64,000 bases of DNA from Rebecca billardiae RCC1528. Its lineage: Eukaryota; Protista; Haptophyta. Position 1 is the stretch's first letter, and each line of letters begins with the position of its first letter. Shown in pieces: positions 47,766 to 59,907 of the stretch. Below the pieces are notes generated by a model. That model did not search any database and was not told where the DNA came from. It worked only from the letters and a program-made list of their open reading frames with translations. Made by a program: the position numbers and the translations under genes. The DNA lies in contig OZ251226.1 of NCBI GenBank assembly GCA_965240325.2, positions 1,364,001-1,428,000 of the forward strand, given 5' to 3'.

Positions 47766-47972
47766 CATTCGTCCTGATGATGTAGTATGCGATCAATTCG
47801 TCATCATAAGCTACGAGCTAGTAGCTATAGCAGAGGACGGCATCCGGCAGAGACCGTAGCATTGTCTCAGTCGTCATACCTGGCCGTAGTGTATCGATAC
47901 GGTGCCGAAGCCAGGCGCCACGCGGAACTCTCAGCAGCTGCGTGTCGTAGACACCCTGAGACAAGTGTATAA

Positions 47973-50356
47973 TTAATAATGTGTGCATAATGTGTGCATA
48001 ATGTGTCCGCCGCCGACGAGGTCCTCGATCGAGCTCTCCTCGAAGTGCTGCGTGCGCACGAAGGCGTGCACGTTGCGCTGCGCGAACACGGCGCGCAACA
48101 GCGGCATGCTCAGCAGATAAAGCGGGCCGAGCGGCGCGGGGAGGGCTCCGAGAGCGTTCGGAGCGGGCAGCCAGCCCCTGGGGGGAGTGTAGCACCACTT
48201 GCGGAAGACCTTGCTGGCCAGCAAGCGCACGCGGTGCGGGCCGCGCTGGTCCATCTCGCCCGCGAACCCGCACAGCCGGCCCTCCGCGGCGGACGTCGCG
48301 TTCGGCCGCACCTGCCAGCTGGCGATGAAAATCACGTGTGCGATGAGCGCGCGGCCCGCCGTCCGGCTCGTGTCGAGCGCGCGCAGGTCCGAGACGAGCT
48401 GCTGGAGCTGCACGTACGAGTCGCCGTCCGCCTTGCCGATGAACTGCGCGTCGGGCAGCCGGCGCTCCGCCGTCGCGAACCACGTGAGCGCCTTGCGTGA
48501 CACAATCCAGTCGGGCGCGTCGAGCCAGACCATGTCTTTGTGCGTGCGCGCCGTCGCGGAGCACGTCGGGCAGCTGCGGCGCGGCGGGCTTGCGGCCGTG
48601 ACCGAGGACAAAGACGACGCACACGCCATCGGGGGCGCGCGTGGCGTAGGTGCGCCGGATCTGCGCGCGCCTGAACCACGCCGTGAAGCCCTGCACCGGC
48701 GGATGCTCGCTGATTGAGCCCGCCGTGCGCTCGACGACGCTCATCACACCGAGGACGAGCTAGCAGCGGCGCGGCCGCGCGACGGCCGGCCCATTGTCTA
48801 GCCCTGGTGGCGATGCGAAGTCGGGCGCCCAGCGCTCGGCGTCGGTGATCGGCGGGCTGGGCGGCGGGCGAGCGCCCTGCGCGGCCTTCGCGCGCGCTGT
48901 GCTGGCGCGCGGCGCGGCCAACGCGCCGGCTAGATGAGCGCTCGTCCCGCACGCAAGCTGAGCAAGCTGCGGCGGCCGAGCGGTCGCGTTGCGCGCGCCG
49001 GCGGCTGCGGAAGCGCGCGGCGCGTGCCCGCCGGCCGCACCGATCGCGCACGCCAGGGTCGGGCATCGTTCGCCGCCCTTGAACGCGGTGGGCTCCCACA
49101 CGTCGAGTGCAGCCCAGTTCATCGGCGCGACTCCAAACCCGCCCTCCCCGTTTGCCCTCAGCTCGTTGTCCGCCCCACACACCGCACCGCGCTGCCCAGC
49201 TCGACGGCCGATGGCGCCCACACGTCGCTCACGTTGCGCCATGTGCGCGGGTCCGAATGGACCTCCCAGCGCGCGCGGAGGAGCATGAGCTGGGTTGGCA
49301 CGTTGTCCGCCTCGAGCACGCGCACGAGGCACGATGGCCGGGCACAACGCGCGCCGCCGTCAGGCCACGCGCACCCGCCGCGCCGCAGCAGCTGCTCAAA
49401 GCCAGGCCACGGCCTGCGCGCGCGCACTGAACGCCCTCGGCCCCAGCCGTTCACGAGGCCGAGGTTCCACCAGAAGAGCAGACGCGCGCGTTCAGCGCGC
49501 GGGAGCGCCGACGCGTCGCGCGGCGGCCTGGGCAGCGCGGCCGCCGCCAGATCGATCGGCTGTGCGATGTCATCCCTGAACACCGCCCACGTACTCACGA
49601 GATACAAATCTCCCTGCCTCATGGTGCCCGCGCCGCCGAGCACGACGTGCCGTAGGTGGCCAGCGGCGACGTACGCCTCGAGCCGGCCGAGGCTGAACGG
49701 CACCTCGTGCACAAAGTCGGGCCGGGTGCGCCAGACGAGGGCCCTCGGGTCCGGAGCCAGGCCGTGCAGCGTCGCGGCCGCCCACGCAAGCACCGCCCAT
49801 GCGCCGTGCCAGCCGAGCGTGATGCAGTCCGGGACTCCGGGTAGGCGGCCAGTGCACCGGTGCGAGCGGCGACCGCGTACGCCAGCCGCCCGCCGAACGG
49901 GTTGTCCGCGAGCAGCGCGTCGACCGCCATGGAGGGCCCGCTGTACCCCGCGCCGCGCATCCGCGCCTGCCACTCGCCCGACAGCCTTGGGTGCTTGTCG
50001 AGCTCGTCGTTGAAGAAGCCGCCCACAAAGAAGCACCCGTCGGTCGCGCGGTCGGTGATGTAGGCGAGCATGTGCTGCGTCAGCCAGAACGAGCGTTAGT
50101 GGCCGGACATCATCACCCAAAGCCGGGGACTCGCGCATGTGCTGCTCGCAGATGCGGGCAAGGACGCTGGTCGCGGGATCGGCGCCGTCGCCGGCCATGC
50201 GCCCGGGCTCGCTGCCGTGATCGCGACGGTGCCCACAGTGGAGTTCCATATGCCCTCGAGCCGCGCGCGCAGAGCGCCGAGCCGCTCGGACCCGCGATCT
50301 GCCGCCGTCGCATCGGCCGCTAGCAGAGCCAGCGCGACGTGGGTGATGACCGCCAT
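47973..50356 (-). pseudogene. Disrupted secreted glycosyltransferase gene: signal peptide + RxRPD domain + GT31 (Galactosyl_T-like) domain
   Basis: In-frame TAA at 50098-50096 (MMSGH*RSF) and TAG at 48762-48760 (RC*LVLGVMS), plus frame changes near 49830, 49180 and 48555. GT31 motifs RRAQIRRTY, VVFVLG, DMVWLD, FIGKADGDSYV, GPLYLLS and IED are spread over two frames. Confidence 0.7.
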
Positions 50357-50481
50357 GGATTGAAAGAATGCGATGCCAGGAGGCCGTGGTCTTGCCTGCT
50401 GCGCCGGTACACAGGGGGGCACAGCAGTCCCCAGGTTTGGAGGGCCCCCGCCGGCCCCCCCCCCCGTGCGCGCTCTCAGCC

Positions 50482-51954
50482 ATGGTCGCCGCGAGCGCGG
50501 CTCCCGCGGCCCTCGGCGCGTGCTGGATGTTCGCCCTTTCCGCGCGCGACTGCAGCCCTTCGACGGGCGGCCCCTTCGATCCGGCGTCCGCGCGTGCATC
50601 GGTGCAGGAGCTCGTCGCGAGCATCGAGCGCTCAAGGAGCGCCAACCCGAGCCTGCCGCTCTGCGTCATCACGCCGATGAACGCCACGCTGGTGCACGCT
50701 CTCGTCGCATCTGCTGTGGACGACCCATCGGCCGCCCTGTTCCGCTCGGAGGTGTCCGTCGTGTCGACCTGCACGGGCTCGCTGACACGCGCGCCGTCGC
50801 CCGTTCGCCGCAGGCTGCGAACGCTCCGGCGGCCGATCCACGTCACGCACGGCGGCGGAGGCAGCAGCGGCTCCGCCGGCGCTTTGGCACGACTCCGGAA
50901 GGCCATCCAGGATGCCCAACCCAATCAGTTCTCCCCCAACCGCCGCCGCGGCGGCAAATTGCTCCAGCCTCCGGTGGCGCCTGATGAGAGACAGCGGCTG
51001 CAGGGACGGAGCTCGGCAGCTGCGCAGGCGCGCGGCGCGGCCCCGCTGCTGTCCAGCGCGTGCAGCCCGTGCGACCCGCTCCGCCCACACGGCGGGGCCC
51101 CGCCGGGCCCCCGCGATGACTCGAGCCCCGCCGCCCCACGGCACCGCACCGACACCTACGCTCACCTCGCGACCGCGCGCGCGGCAGAGCACGTGCCGTT
51201 TGCCGCCACGGTCGTGCTGGCCGGCGCAGCGGCGCTGTGTGCCAACGCGACGGAGGGCCTGTCGGGCGTCGTGGAGTACATGGCGCAGCGGAATCGCTCG
51301 GTCGCGCTGCGCTTCGCTCGCCCAGCCGGGCGCACTGCCGCCGCGACGCTGGCAGAATGCCGCGCAGCCTGCCTGCCGGCAGACTCCGCCACGGCCGCTG
51401 CGCCGGATGGTGGCGGCGGCGAAGCGATCAGCCTCGCGGCTGGAGGTGCCCGTGCGCTCGGCGACGAGAGCGAGCGCATGCGCTGCGCGGCGGAGTGTCT
51501 GAACCGCGAGCAGCCCGGCTCGCCGCCGAGCTGTGCCGCATCCGCGGCCGTCATGCTCGTGCGCCGGGGACAGCAGGCCGTGGAGTTCTCGCGCGCGTGG
51601 GTGTCACAAGTCCTCAGCGCCGCCCGCGCGCCCGCCCCGGCGTCGGCCGTAGGCCCGCAGCTTTTGTATGCGAGCGGGCTTGCCGGTGCCAAAGCGACGG
51701 CGGCATGCGCGCGCGTGGTGAATCTGCCGCCCGATGCTTTGGTGAGCGCCCCGGGCCCTGACGCGCGACCGCCATCTGCAAGCCTGCTGGGCACATCGTC
51801 GCTGGCTGTGCTCGGATGTCAGCCGCCTGGCGCCGGGCCCGGCGCAGCCGCCGACGGGCAGCTGCCGGCGGGCGGCGCGGCCAACTGCCCGGCGCACGCG
51901 CGGTGCTGCGCGCGTGAGGGCGGCGGCTGCGGCGCCCACGTGCCTGCCGACTGA
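50482..51954 (+). CDS. Hypothetical protein, possibly a degenerate glycosyltransferase-like secretory protein
   Basis: Long ORF divergent from the pseudogene. SIERSRSANPSLPLCVIT and VPFAATVVL loosely recall GT-A family segments, but there is no DxD. Confidence 0.45.
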   Translation: MVAASAAPAALGACWMFALSARDCSPSTGGPFDPASARASVQELVASIERSRSANPSLPLCVITPMNATLVHALVASAVDDPSAALFRSEVSVVSTCTGSLTRAPSPVRRRLRTLRRPIHVTHGGGGSSGSAGALARLRKAIQDAQPNQFSPNRRRGGKLLQPPVAPDERQRLQGRSSAAAQARGAAPLLSSACSPCDPLRPHGGAPPGPRDDSSPAAPRHRTDTYAHLATARAAEHVPFAATVVLAGAAALCANATEGLSGVVEYMAQRNRSVALRFARPAGRTAAATLAECRAACLPADSATAAAPDGGGGEAISLAAGGARALGDESERMRCAAECLNREQPGSPPSCAASAAVMLVRRGQQAVEFSRAWVSQVLSAARAPAPASAVGPQLLYASGLAGAKATAACARVVNLPPDALVSAPGPDARPPSASLLGTSSLAVLGCQPPGAGPGAAADGQLPAGGAANCPAHARCCAREGGGCGAHVPAD

Positions 51955-52249
51955 CATCTGGACCCAATCGGCCAATGAGATACTCATTCTAAATTAATAA
52001 TACTGATCTCAGAGTTATTCACGGATTTAGTCAGCGAATAATTACAGTCGTCGTTTATAATAAGCTATACTAAGAAAAAAGAATAATATCAAATATATCA
52101 GATACATAGAGTAAGTACGGTAACTAGAGAGACGCACACAGTCACACTCACAGGCTGACTGTCACAGGCCTGCGCAGGCTGCACAGCTTCAACTATGAAC
52201 TAGTTGTGCAGGCGAGTACCTACTACTATTACTATACCTGCCGTTTCCG

Positions 52250-53210
52250 GAATGGCCTCGTGACCCATGGAGCCGATGCTCGACGCGACCACCTTGCCTG
52301 AGGGGCTATCGGACGGCGTGCTGCGCCTCTACGACCGCCACGTGCGTGCCGCGCAGAGAAGGCAGAAGCGCACCGCCAAACTAGATGGCCAACTGGCAAC
52401 TCTCACGCATGGTGAAGCTCACCCTGCCAGGTGGCGCCGTGTCTGACGCAAACTGTGGCTCCATGGAGGGCGGCCGTGACGGATGCAGGCCCCGCTTAGA
52501 CTCCACAGGGAACCCCCGCCGGTGGCAGCCGGCGGCGCAAGGGAGGCCGTGGCGCGCCTACTCGTGCTTCCCCGCCGACCACCCAGCCGCGCAGCGCGCA
52601 AGCCGGCCCCGCCGGTGCGCCCGCCCGCCGCGCCGGGCATGGACGCTGAGGTGCCGCAGGCACTGAACGACGAGCAGCAGCACTCTCAGAAGCGGAAGAA
52701 GAAGCCCCGGCGTGGGAAGCGCGGGCAACGGCGCGACACCGAGGGCCGACGGATTCGTTCTCCATTGAGCCGTCGATCCTCGGCGAGCCGCGCCGTCAAG
52801 GAACGCCAGACGCGCAAGGCGGCGCGCCTGGCGCCGACCGCTGCACCCACGCCAACCCCTGCTGCCCCGCTCCACGATGACCGAGACTCGCCCCCGGGCG
52901 ACGACTTGGACGACGAGGAGGCATCGCCGCAGCGGGCGAAGCGCACCCTGGACGACGCCGCAGCGCCAGCTGCCGCCAGCCAGCCAGCTGGCTCGAGCGG
53001 CAAGCGCGTACGCGACCGCCCGGGGAGCTAACGGGGCAGGCTCGACCAGCTGGCAGCTGCTACCAGCGGCTGAGACGGCCAGCTGACATCCGGACCTGCA
53101 CTTTCGCCCTTGCTCGGGGCACAGCACCGGCATGTCCAGCGAGCCGCGCAGCGCAGGTCGCGCTTCAGGAGCTCAAGGCCGCGCTCATCATCAAGTTTTC
53201 GATCGCGGTG
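52250..53210 (+). mobile_element. Dispersed repeat family F2, plus-strand copy
   Basis: Reverse-complement homolog of ~18750-19670; encodes the same QQHSQKRKKKPRRGKRGQRR peptide. Confidence 0.78.
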
Positions 53211-53536
53211 TAATTATTCTGGTTCACAGCTCGCGCTCAAGATCAGGCGCTTGCCGTGACACAACTCGATCTCATTGGTATCACAATTTCAGCCAGGGGA
53301 GTAGGGGACGCCCACTTTCAAATTAATTTAAATAATAAACGGCGGATCAGCCATCCATAATTATGATCAACAGGTATGCACAGTACCCATAGTGGGTAAT
53401 GAAATCTGATGGCGCACTTGATTGACGTGACAAGTACGTGAGTTGCCGCGCGTCATCCGTCTTGACCCCGCGCGTCGTCCGTCAAGACGACGCGACCCCA
53501 GCCGACTCAAGCGCCGACCCAAAGGGCGGCCCGCCG

Positions 53537-54910
53537 ATGGCGCGGCTGCGCACGTTGGAGCCGCTCATCAACTCACCTGCCTACCGCACGCAGCAGGGCG
53601 ACGCGAGCCCCGCCACCGACGCCGTGCGCGCCAAGGTGCGCTCGCTCGCACTCGACGGCTCGCCGACGCTTGCCGCGTCCGAGCTGCGCGCACTGCGCCG
53701 GCTAGGCGAGGGCGGTTTCGCCGAGGTGGAGCTGTGTGAGGTCTTGTCTGAGGCGGTGGCGCGCTTCGGCCCGCGCCTCGCCACCGCCCCGCGCGGCCCC
53801 GGTGGTGGCGCGCTCGTCGCGGTCAAGTGGCTGAAGACGCACATCGTCGCCGACCCGGGCCCGCTCGCCACGTCCGAGCGCAAGCACATCGCACTGCCGG
53901 CGCACGAGGTGTCGAACTTCTTCGCGGAGGCCGCGCTCCTGCGCTCGCTCGAGCACCCGAGCGTGATCACCGCGCACGGCTGCTACCTCCTCAACGGGCG
54001 CGGCGCGCTCATCCTCGAGTACTGCGCGGGCGGCACACTCGCCGAGCGCGTGCGCAAAGGCAAGGGGTACGCGAGCGCCGAGGGGCTTCGCTGGCTCATC
54101 GAGCTTGCGCGCGCGCTCGAGTACATCCATACCGGCACCGGCTTTACCATCGCGCACCGCGACCTCAAGCCCGAAAACGTGCTCCTCGACGGCGCGGGCC
54201 GCGTGCGCCTGGCCGACTTTGGGCTGTCACGGCTGCTGCCGCTCGGTGCGGATGGGCCGCCGCCAGTGGCGCACTCGACGTCAGCGCCATCGCTGTCGCT
54301 CCTCTTCTCCGCGGAGCCCTCGCACCCGCCCCTCGCCCTCGGCCAGCGCGACATCCGGCACGCCGTGGTGACGGGTCGCACGGGCTCCTCGCGATTCATG
54401 GCTCCGGAGAACTGGCGAGGCGAACAGTGCGTTTGCGCGATCGACCTCTGCGCCGTCACTCGCTGCGCTGCGCCGGCCCGACCTGCATGCTGTCGCGGTC
54501 ACACTCCGCTGCCGGATCCCATGCGTGCGCTGCGCAGATATACGGCCAACGTCGACGTCTTCTCCTTCGGCGTGATCGCGTGGGAGGTCCTCAGCGCGCA
54601 GCGCGCGTACTCGCACATGCACTTCACCGGCGAGCAGGTGGCCGAGTACGTGGCGAACAAGGGGCTGCGCCCCCCTGTGCCCGAGGCCTGGCCGCACGAG
54701 CTGCGGCAGCTCATCTCGCAGTGCTGGGCGGAGGATAAGACCGCTCGCCCTTCGATGGCGATTGTCGCGCCCGCTCTTGCAGCGCTGGGTAAGCGCTCGG
54801 AGGCCGACGCGACGATCCTCCGTGGCGTGCTCGCGCCCCGCCAGGTCTCGCCGCTCGCCGGGATCAGCCGATTCCTCAACGGACACATCAGCAAGGGGGT
54901 CGCGGGGTGA
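53537..54910 (+). CDS. Ser/Thr protein kinase (TKL-like); in-frame intron 54427-54537
   Basis: Motifs LGEGGFAEV, VAVK, HRDLKPEN, DFG, MAPE, DVFSFG and LRPPVP...CWAED...RP. Confidence 0.92.
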   Translation: MARLRTLEPLINSPAYRTQQGDASPATDAVRAKVRSLALDGSPTLAASELRALRRLGEGGFAEVELCEVLSEAVARFGPRLATAPRGPGGGALVAVKWLKTHIVADPGPLATSERKHIALPAHEVSNFFAEAALLRSLEHPSVITAHGCYLLNGRGALILEYCAGGTLAERVRKGKGYASAEGLRWLIELARALEYIHTGTGFTIAHRDLKPENVLLDGAGRVRLADFGLSRLLPLGADGPPPVAHSTSAPSLSLLFSAEPSHPPLALGQRDIRHAVVTGRTGSSRFMAPENWRGEQCVCAIDLCAVTRCAAPARPACCRGHTPLPDPMRALRRYTANVDVFSFGVIAWEVLSAQRAYSHMHFTGEQVAEYVANKGLRPPVPEAWPHELRQLISQCWAEDKTARPSMAIVAPALAALGKRSEADATILRGVLAPRQVSPLAGISRFLNGHISKGVAG

Positions 54911-55522
54911 GTGGCACTGCGTTCGTTCAAGCGCAGCAAAGGCGTAAGCTACCGTTCATCTCCTTGCCGGCGGGCCCAGCTGGCAGCTCAAGAGTCTAGG
55001 CTCTAGCGTATCCGCCATTCTTCTTTGCCGGTCAGCCTGTACTGTACTCTGTAGGCGGTACGTGCCGGTTGGCGACTGACGCGCAACGTGCAGCAACTGC
55101 TTCAAGCTCGGCGAGAGTCTCTAGCTTCGGATACCGATGCCGATCTGGTACGCCAAGGCACCTGTCATGCGAGGGTGTGAGCCCGCGTGAAGTTCACTAC
55201 TATTCGGATTCCGTGAGGCCGTGAAGGGTATCGCGACTGCGTCTGCGAGCAGCAGCGAGGCGGCAGGCAGAGCGAGGCGGGTCTCGCCCTCAGATAGTTA
55301 GGGTCGATCAGCCGACTCCGCGGGCGCCGTGATCGACTCATCTGCAAAATCAATCTAGAAGCAGTCGTAAGTGACAGATTAGCAGCGATATAAGACACGC
55401 TATACGGCCACCCGTGGGCTGTCAGTACTGACCAGTACTCATCAGATTTATACTCTGCTGGTACACGGCCCGGTCCCGGTCGGAGACGGACGATCTGTAC
55501 TCTGTAGTATATATACATGTAT

Positions 55523-55540
55523 GTGTGCGCGCGCGCGCGC

Positions 55541-55598
<58 letters not shown>
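55523..55598. repeat. (GC)n-(GT)n compound microsatellite
   Basis: Direct reading; alternating purine-pyrimidine tract. Confidence 0.95.
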
Positions 55599-55605
<7 letters not shown>

Positions 55606-56138
55606 TGTAGACTATAGACATAGTTAGTAGTTACGACTCGAGCCGCTCGAAGCGACTCGCACGACTACGACTCAAGTACGAGGTCCGGTCCGCCTGCTAA
55701 GTTCCAGCAAGTGGAGTGCTAAGGCTGAGCTCAGAGAAGTCATCATAGAGCTACGGCCCGAGCCAGGCGCGGACTTATCACCGGTCCGCCTTTCTCAGCC
55801 GAAAAAATACGGATATGCTTATTCAACTGCTCGCAGATTCTGATCAGCAGCATTATAAATAATCGCCGCGACATCCGAGGCATCAGCACGCGGACGCAGT
55901 CTAACGGCCACGTCGTCGGAGCAGCCGTGTGAGTACTGAGTGCCTGGGCCGGTCCTGCCCGCGCGGGCCTGCCAGGTAGTACTAGTAGGCCTGCGCCCGC
56001 GCCACCCAGCCAGCCTAGCTGTTAGGCTCGCGGACGTCCGATGTCCGCCAACCAATGCAGTCCGGGCCGGGAGCCGGGGGAAGCGGAAGGCTCGACCCGG
56101 GCTCGTGCAGCAGCGAGGGAGTTTTACCCCAATATAGC

Positions 56139-56139
<1 letters not shown>

Positions 56140-56224
<85 letters not shown>

Positions 56225-56240
56225 GAGTCAGAGAGAGACA
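56140..56240. repeat. (GA)n microsatellite
   Basis: Direct reading. Confidence 0.97.
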
Positions 56241-56518
56241 GATCACAGAGTCGTGATCGAGAGTCTGAGACGGCACTATGACTAGTGAGAGAGAGTAACC
56301 AGAGACGGTTATTCGAGGGCACTAATATAGGACGTAGTAGTGAGTCAGTTCGTGCAAGATGATGAATAATGTCGTCGGCGTCCCCATCAGATCACTCACG
56401 AGTCAGACTCAGAGCACTTGACTAGTCGCAGGACTTCAATCTTCATGACGGCTTGCATTGCAAGAAGATGCTGCGCGCACTCCGCGGCACGGCAGCACGG
56501 ACGCGGGCCAATATGTGC

Positions 56519-56953
56519 TCATGCGTGAGGTGGTACTTGCGGTTGTTGTGACTGTAGCCGCCGTAGCTCCGCGGACTTGCGCTCGAGGTCTCGTTCTAGA
56601 TCCTTGATCGCTTGAGATATCTTACCGGCATCAGCGCTCAGCATCCCTGCCACAGATGTGTGCGACATTTTCATGAAGCTCGGGCCACCGGTGAGTACCC
56701 AGTGTTTCGATGCAGGATCTGCAGGACCGCCTGCCATAGCCTTGACGGCCTCGCCGTTACGAGCCTTCTGCTCTCGCATGTGCTCCAGTTGCCGCCGGGC
56801 GTCGATAACCTCAGCCTGCTTCGCGTGCACACTCGCTGCAAGATTCACATCCACATGCGTGTCGATCTCTGGCTGACGAGGCGCGGCGGGCGGGGGAACG
56901 TCTTCGTCCTCGTCTGACGACTCGATGTGGTCCCATCTTGAGTAGTCCACCAT
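56519..56953 (-). CDS. PDRG1-like prefoldin-family protein with a Cdc37-like N-terminal motif
   Basis: N-terminus MVDYSRWDHIESSDEDE, then coiled coil / WVLTGGPSFMKM hairpin / coiled coil, the prefoldin beta-type layout. Confidence 0.65.
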   Translation of the reverse strand: MVDYSRWDHIESSDEDEDVPPPAAPRQPEIDTHVDVNLAASVHAKQAEVIDARRQLEHMREQKARNGEAVKAMAGGPADPASKHWVLTGGPSFMKMSHTSVAGMLSADAGKISQAIKDLERDLERKSAELRRLQSQQPQVPPHA

Positions 56954-57078
56954 GCTTGCCCGCACACCCCAAGTTTGCGCGCCGAAGTTCTCCGCCACAA
57001 GGATTCAGATGGCCACGCAGGCAGCCATCGTGTTCATGAGCAGACAGGCGCGCGCAGGCCCCGCCCGTCTCGGCAGCA

Positions 57079-57615
57079 ATGGCGTGCCAAATCCCGCCGG
57101 TGAACTTCGGCATGGTCGAGGAGGACCTCTATCGATGTGGAATGCCGAGCCAGCTCAACTTCCCATTCCTCGAGAAGCTACGCCTGCGAACAATCATTTG
57201 CATGCTGCCCGACGAGCTGCCGCAGCACTTCTCCACATGGCTCGGCGACCAGGGCACGCGGTGCATCCACTTGGGCGAGCGTATGCAAACGAGAAGCCCG
57301 TGGAAGCCCGTCCCGGAGGATGTTATCCTCGAAGGCCTCAATGTGCTTTTGAACCCAACTAATTACCCAATCGCGGTGATGTGCAGCCTCGGCCGTCATC
57401 AGACGGGCACGCTTATCGGCTGCTTGCGCAAGCTCCAATGTTGGAACTTGACGTCGATTCTGGAGGAGTACCGGCGGTATGCCGGCAGCAAACACCGTCA
57501 GCTCAACGAACAATTCATCGAGCTGTTCGACGTCGACCTTGTGCACATGCCCCGCGCGCCGCCAACGTTCTTTTACGGCGCGCATGAGGTGGACGCGCAC
57601 ATCGCCGGGACTTAA
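57079..57615 (+). CDS. OCA1/Siw14-family atypical tyrosine-phosphatase-like protein
   Basis: Motifs PPVNFGMVEEDLYR, NFPFLEKL, YPIAVMCSLGRHQTG, GCLRKLQ.W, EEYRRYAG and EQFIELFD. Confidence 0.88.
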   Translation: MACQIPPVNFGMVEEDLYRCGMPSQLNFPFLEKLRLRTIICMLPDELPQHFSTWLGDQGTRCIHLGERMQTRSPWKPVPEDVILEGLNVLLNPTNYPIAVMCSLGRHQTGTLIGCLRKLQCWNLTSILEEYRRYAGSKHRQLNEQFIELFDVDLVHMPRAPPTFFYGAHEVDAHIAGT

Positions 57616-58351
57616 TGCCATTGCTGTGTGGGCCCGATGCATCGTTCTCTGCCCCGCGCAGTGCTCAGCGTGTCGTCGCCTGCCCCCCCGCCTCCTGAGT
57701 CCCGGCCGTCGCTCCGAGCCGATGACTCATGGCCGCTGTTACGTAGACGGGAGCTCGGCGGATTCGGTCCCGTCCATGATGATTGGCGGGCGGTGGCGCC
57801 TCAAAAGGCCCCGGGGCAGGTGACCGAAGACGGGCGATCGGTCCGCGGACGCGACGACAATATTGATCATCGTCATTTCATCACTCGATCAGATTGGTTA
57901 CACGTATTTACTGTGCCTGTTTCGGGCTGCTTTATCAGACGCGCATCACGGCCTCACTTCAACTTTAATAACCGGGCAGCCGGCGGGCCCCCGGCGGGCC
58001 GCGGGCCCGAGGCACGTGCCTCCCACCCAGTGACCCACCGGGCCGGCCGGCCGATCCTCGCCCTCACTCATCAGAATTCGGTCGTGCCAGTCCGACTCCT
58101 GACGGCTGATGACTATTATTACGACGCAGCCTAGCTAGTAGCTGTAGGCTCCGTGACCGACTTACGGGCGACTGTCATAACTATATATATAAGTCATTCA
58201 GTGATGTACTCGACTCCTAACGGACAGCCTGACAGCGTAGCCAGTAACGAGTAAGCCACGGTGGGGACTCCGGGCTTTATATTAATAGGCTCACTGCTCA
58301 CAGTCGTCCGGTCACTGGATGGAGGATATATATGTATATATATATATTTAT

Positions 58352-58467
58352 TTAACGACGTGGTATGCAACGGGCAAGCGTCAGGCTCAGAGTGCAGCCG
58401 ACACATAAAATGCGTCCGCGCCTTCCGACCAGGTCAGGCAGTGCGCCACCCGCAGCCCTGCCCCCCT
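58352..58467 (+). repeat. Repeat family F3 copy
   Basis: Reverse complement of ~32852-32993. Confidence 0.78.
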
Positions 58468-58807
58468 ACGGGAGCGGGGCCGGGGTGGAGCATCACTTTG
58501 GCCTGCTGGGGCACGCGGCGGCTATATATAACACTACCTGAGTCGTTCGGACAGTGACTGACACGAAACTCGGCGGGATAATCGCCGTCTGCTCTCGGCC
58601 ATGATCTGTCAATGGTACTCCACTGATACGCGGCTCCTATCTGAGACCAGGCCGGCCCGCAGGCCGGTCGGACCGCTTGGAACTCCTTCACTCCTCGGAC
58701 GATCAGATCACAGATGGCAACGGCCGCCACGGATCTGGATGGATCAACGATTCCATCAGTTGCCAGCCATGTGCACTGGTCAACACCGATCGATCGATAT
58801 GTTCGAT

Positions 58808-58856
58808 TACAGTTTACTATGATTTAACGTGCACACTTGGTTAAGGCGTGATTAAC
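58808..58856 (+). repeat. Isolated 5' terminus of family F2
   Basis: TACAGTTTACTATGATTTAACGTGCACACTTGGTTAAGGCGTGATTA is the near reverse complement of 19673-19719. Confidence 0.8.
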
Positions 58857-59907
58857 GCCATCCAACACTGCACAAAGACACCGCCACAAAACAGACCGGC
58901 GCAGGCAGGTGAGGGGCGCGTTACTGATCGAGACGCATCTACCGAGTGGCAGTGGCACGTGGAAAGATTATGCGATACAGCAGTGTTATTGCGGTGCCAC
59001 GCCGAGACATTACGGTCCTGTGACCCCCCCCCCCCCGGCCTGACACTGACAGCTAATGACTTGCGCGGGGCCCTCATACTAGTCCGGTATAGTCGCCCCG
59101 TATTCCGCCCAGGCCATCGTCTGACTCCATACGTATCGCTGCGTCAGCGGAAGGGCTCTCCCGTTGGCATCCGTGTATCACCAGAGAAGCTATACAGTAT
59201 ACTACTACGCGCAGCCTCCTAAGAATACCACGGGCGTAGCTAGTGATTAGCTACCGCCGAAGAGTCCGCTGAGTGAACCGCCGACGCGTTGCGGCCCGTT
59301 TCACTTTCAGGCGTTTATGTCCCGGGGGCCGTCGCAGAATCCCGCGGAAACTGACCGACGGCGCGCATTCAGTCATTCACTATTACTTTCAGCCCGGTCT
59401 AACTAGTAGTTAGTTGTTATTATTTGTAATTAATAATAATTATTAATTTACTTATACATATAATTATGTGCTCTCGCGTCTGAGGTCATGGGTTCAAACC
59501 AGTTTCCAGGTCTCTCTTCGGAGAGCGTGCGATGAAGGATGGCGCGCGGCAACCTGCCACCGTGAGCCTTACGCACGTTAAAACAAATGAACTGTAAGCG
59601 TTATCGGCGGCGCAGCCGCAGTACGCGGCGTCGGCGCCGCTGGAGCAGCGCATCACGCTGCTACTTGCGACAGCATTCCGAGGATGTGAGGAGTGCCCTG
59701 CCGGCGCGAGCGTCGCGTCCGGGTCGCGGATGCCAGCCGGACTTGCGAGCGCGACGGGTCACACTCACAGGCCTGATCGGCAGGCGCGGAGGCACCATCG
59801 CGCCAGGCGCACAGATCTGTGAGCGCGCGAACACCATGCTGAAGTGCTGGGCCGGCCAGCTCAGGACGAGGAGCGCACGCCGAGGAATGGCTCGAAGCCA
59901 CCCCAGC

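Noticed and set aside
59465-59510. GGTTCAAACC B-box/T-loop-like motif suggesting a tRNA or SINE
   Set aside because: No cloverleaf or acceptor stem could be built.
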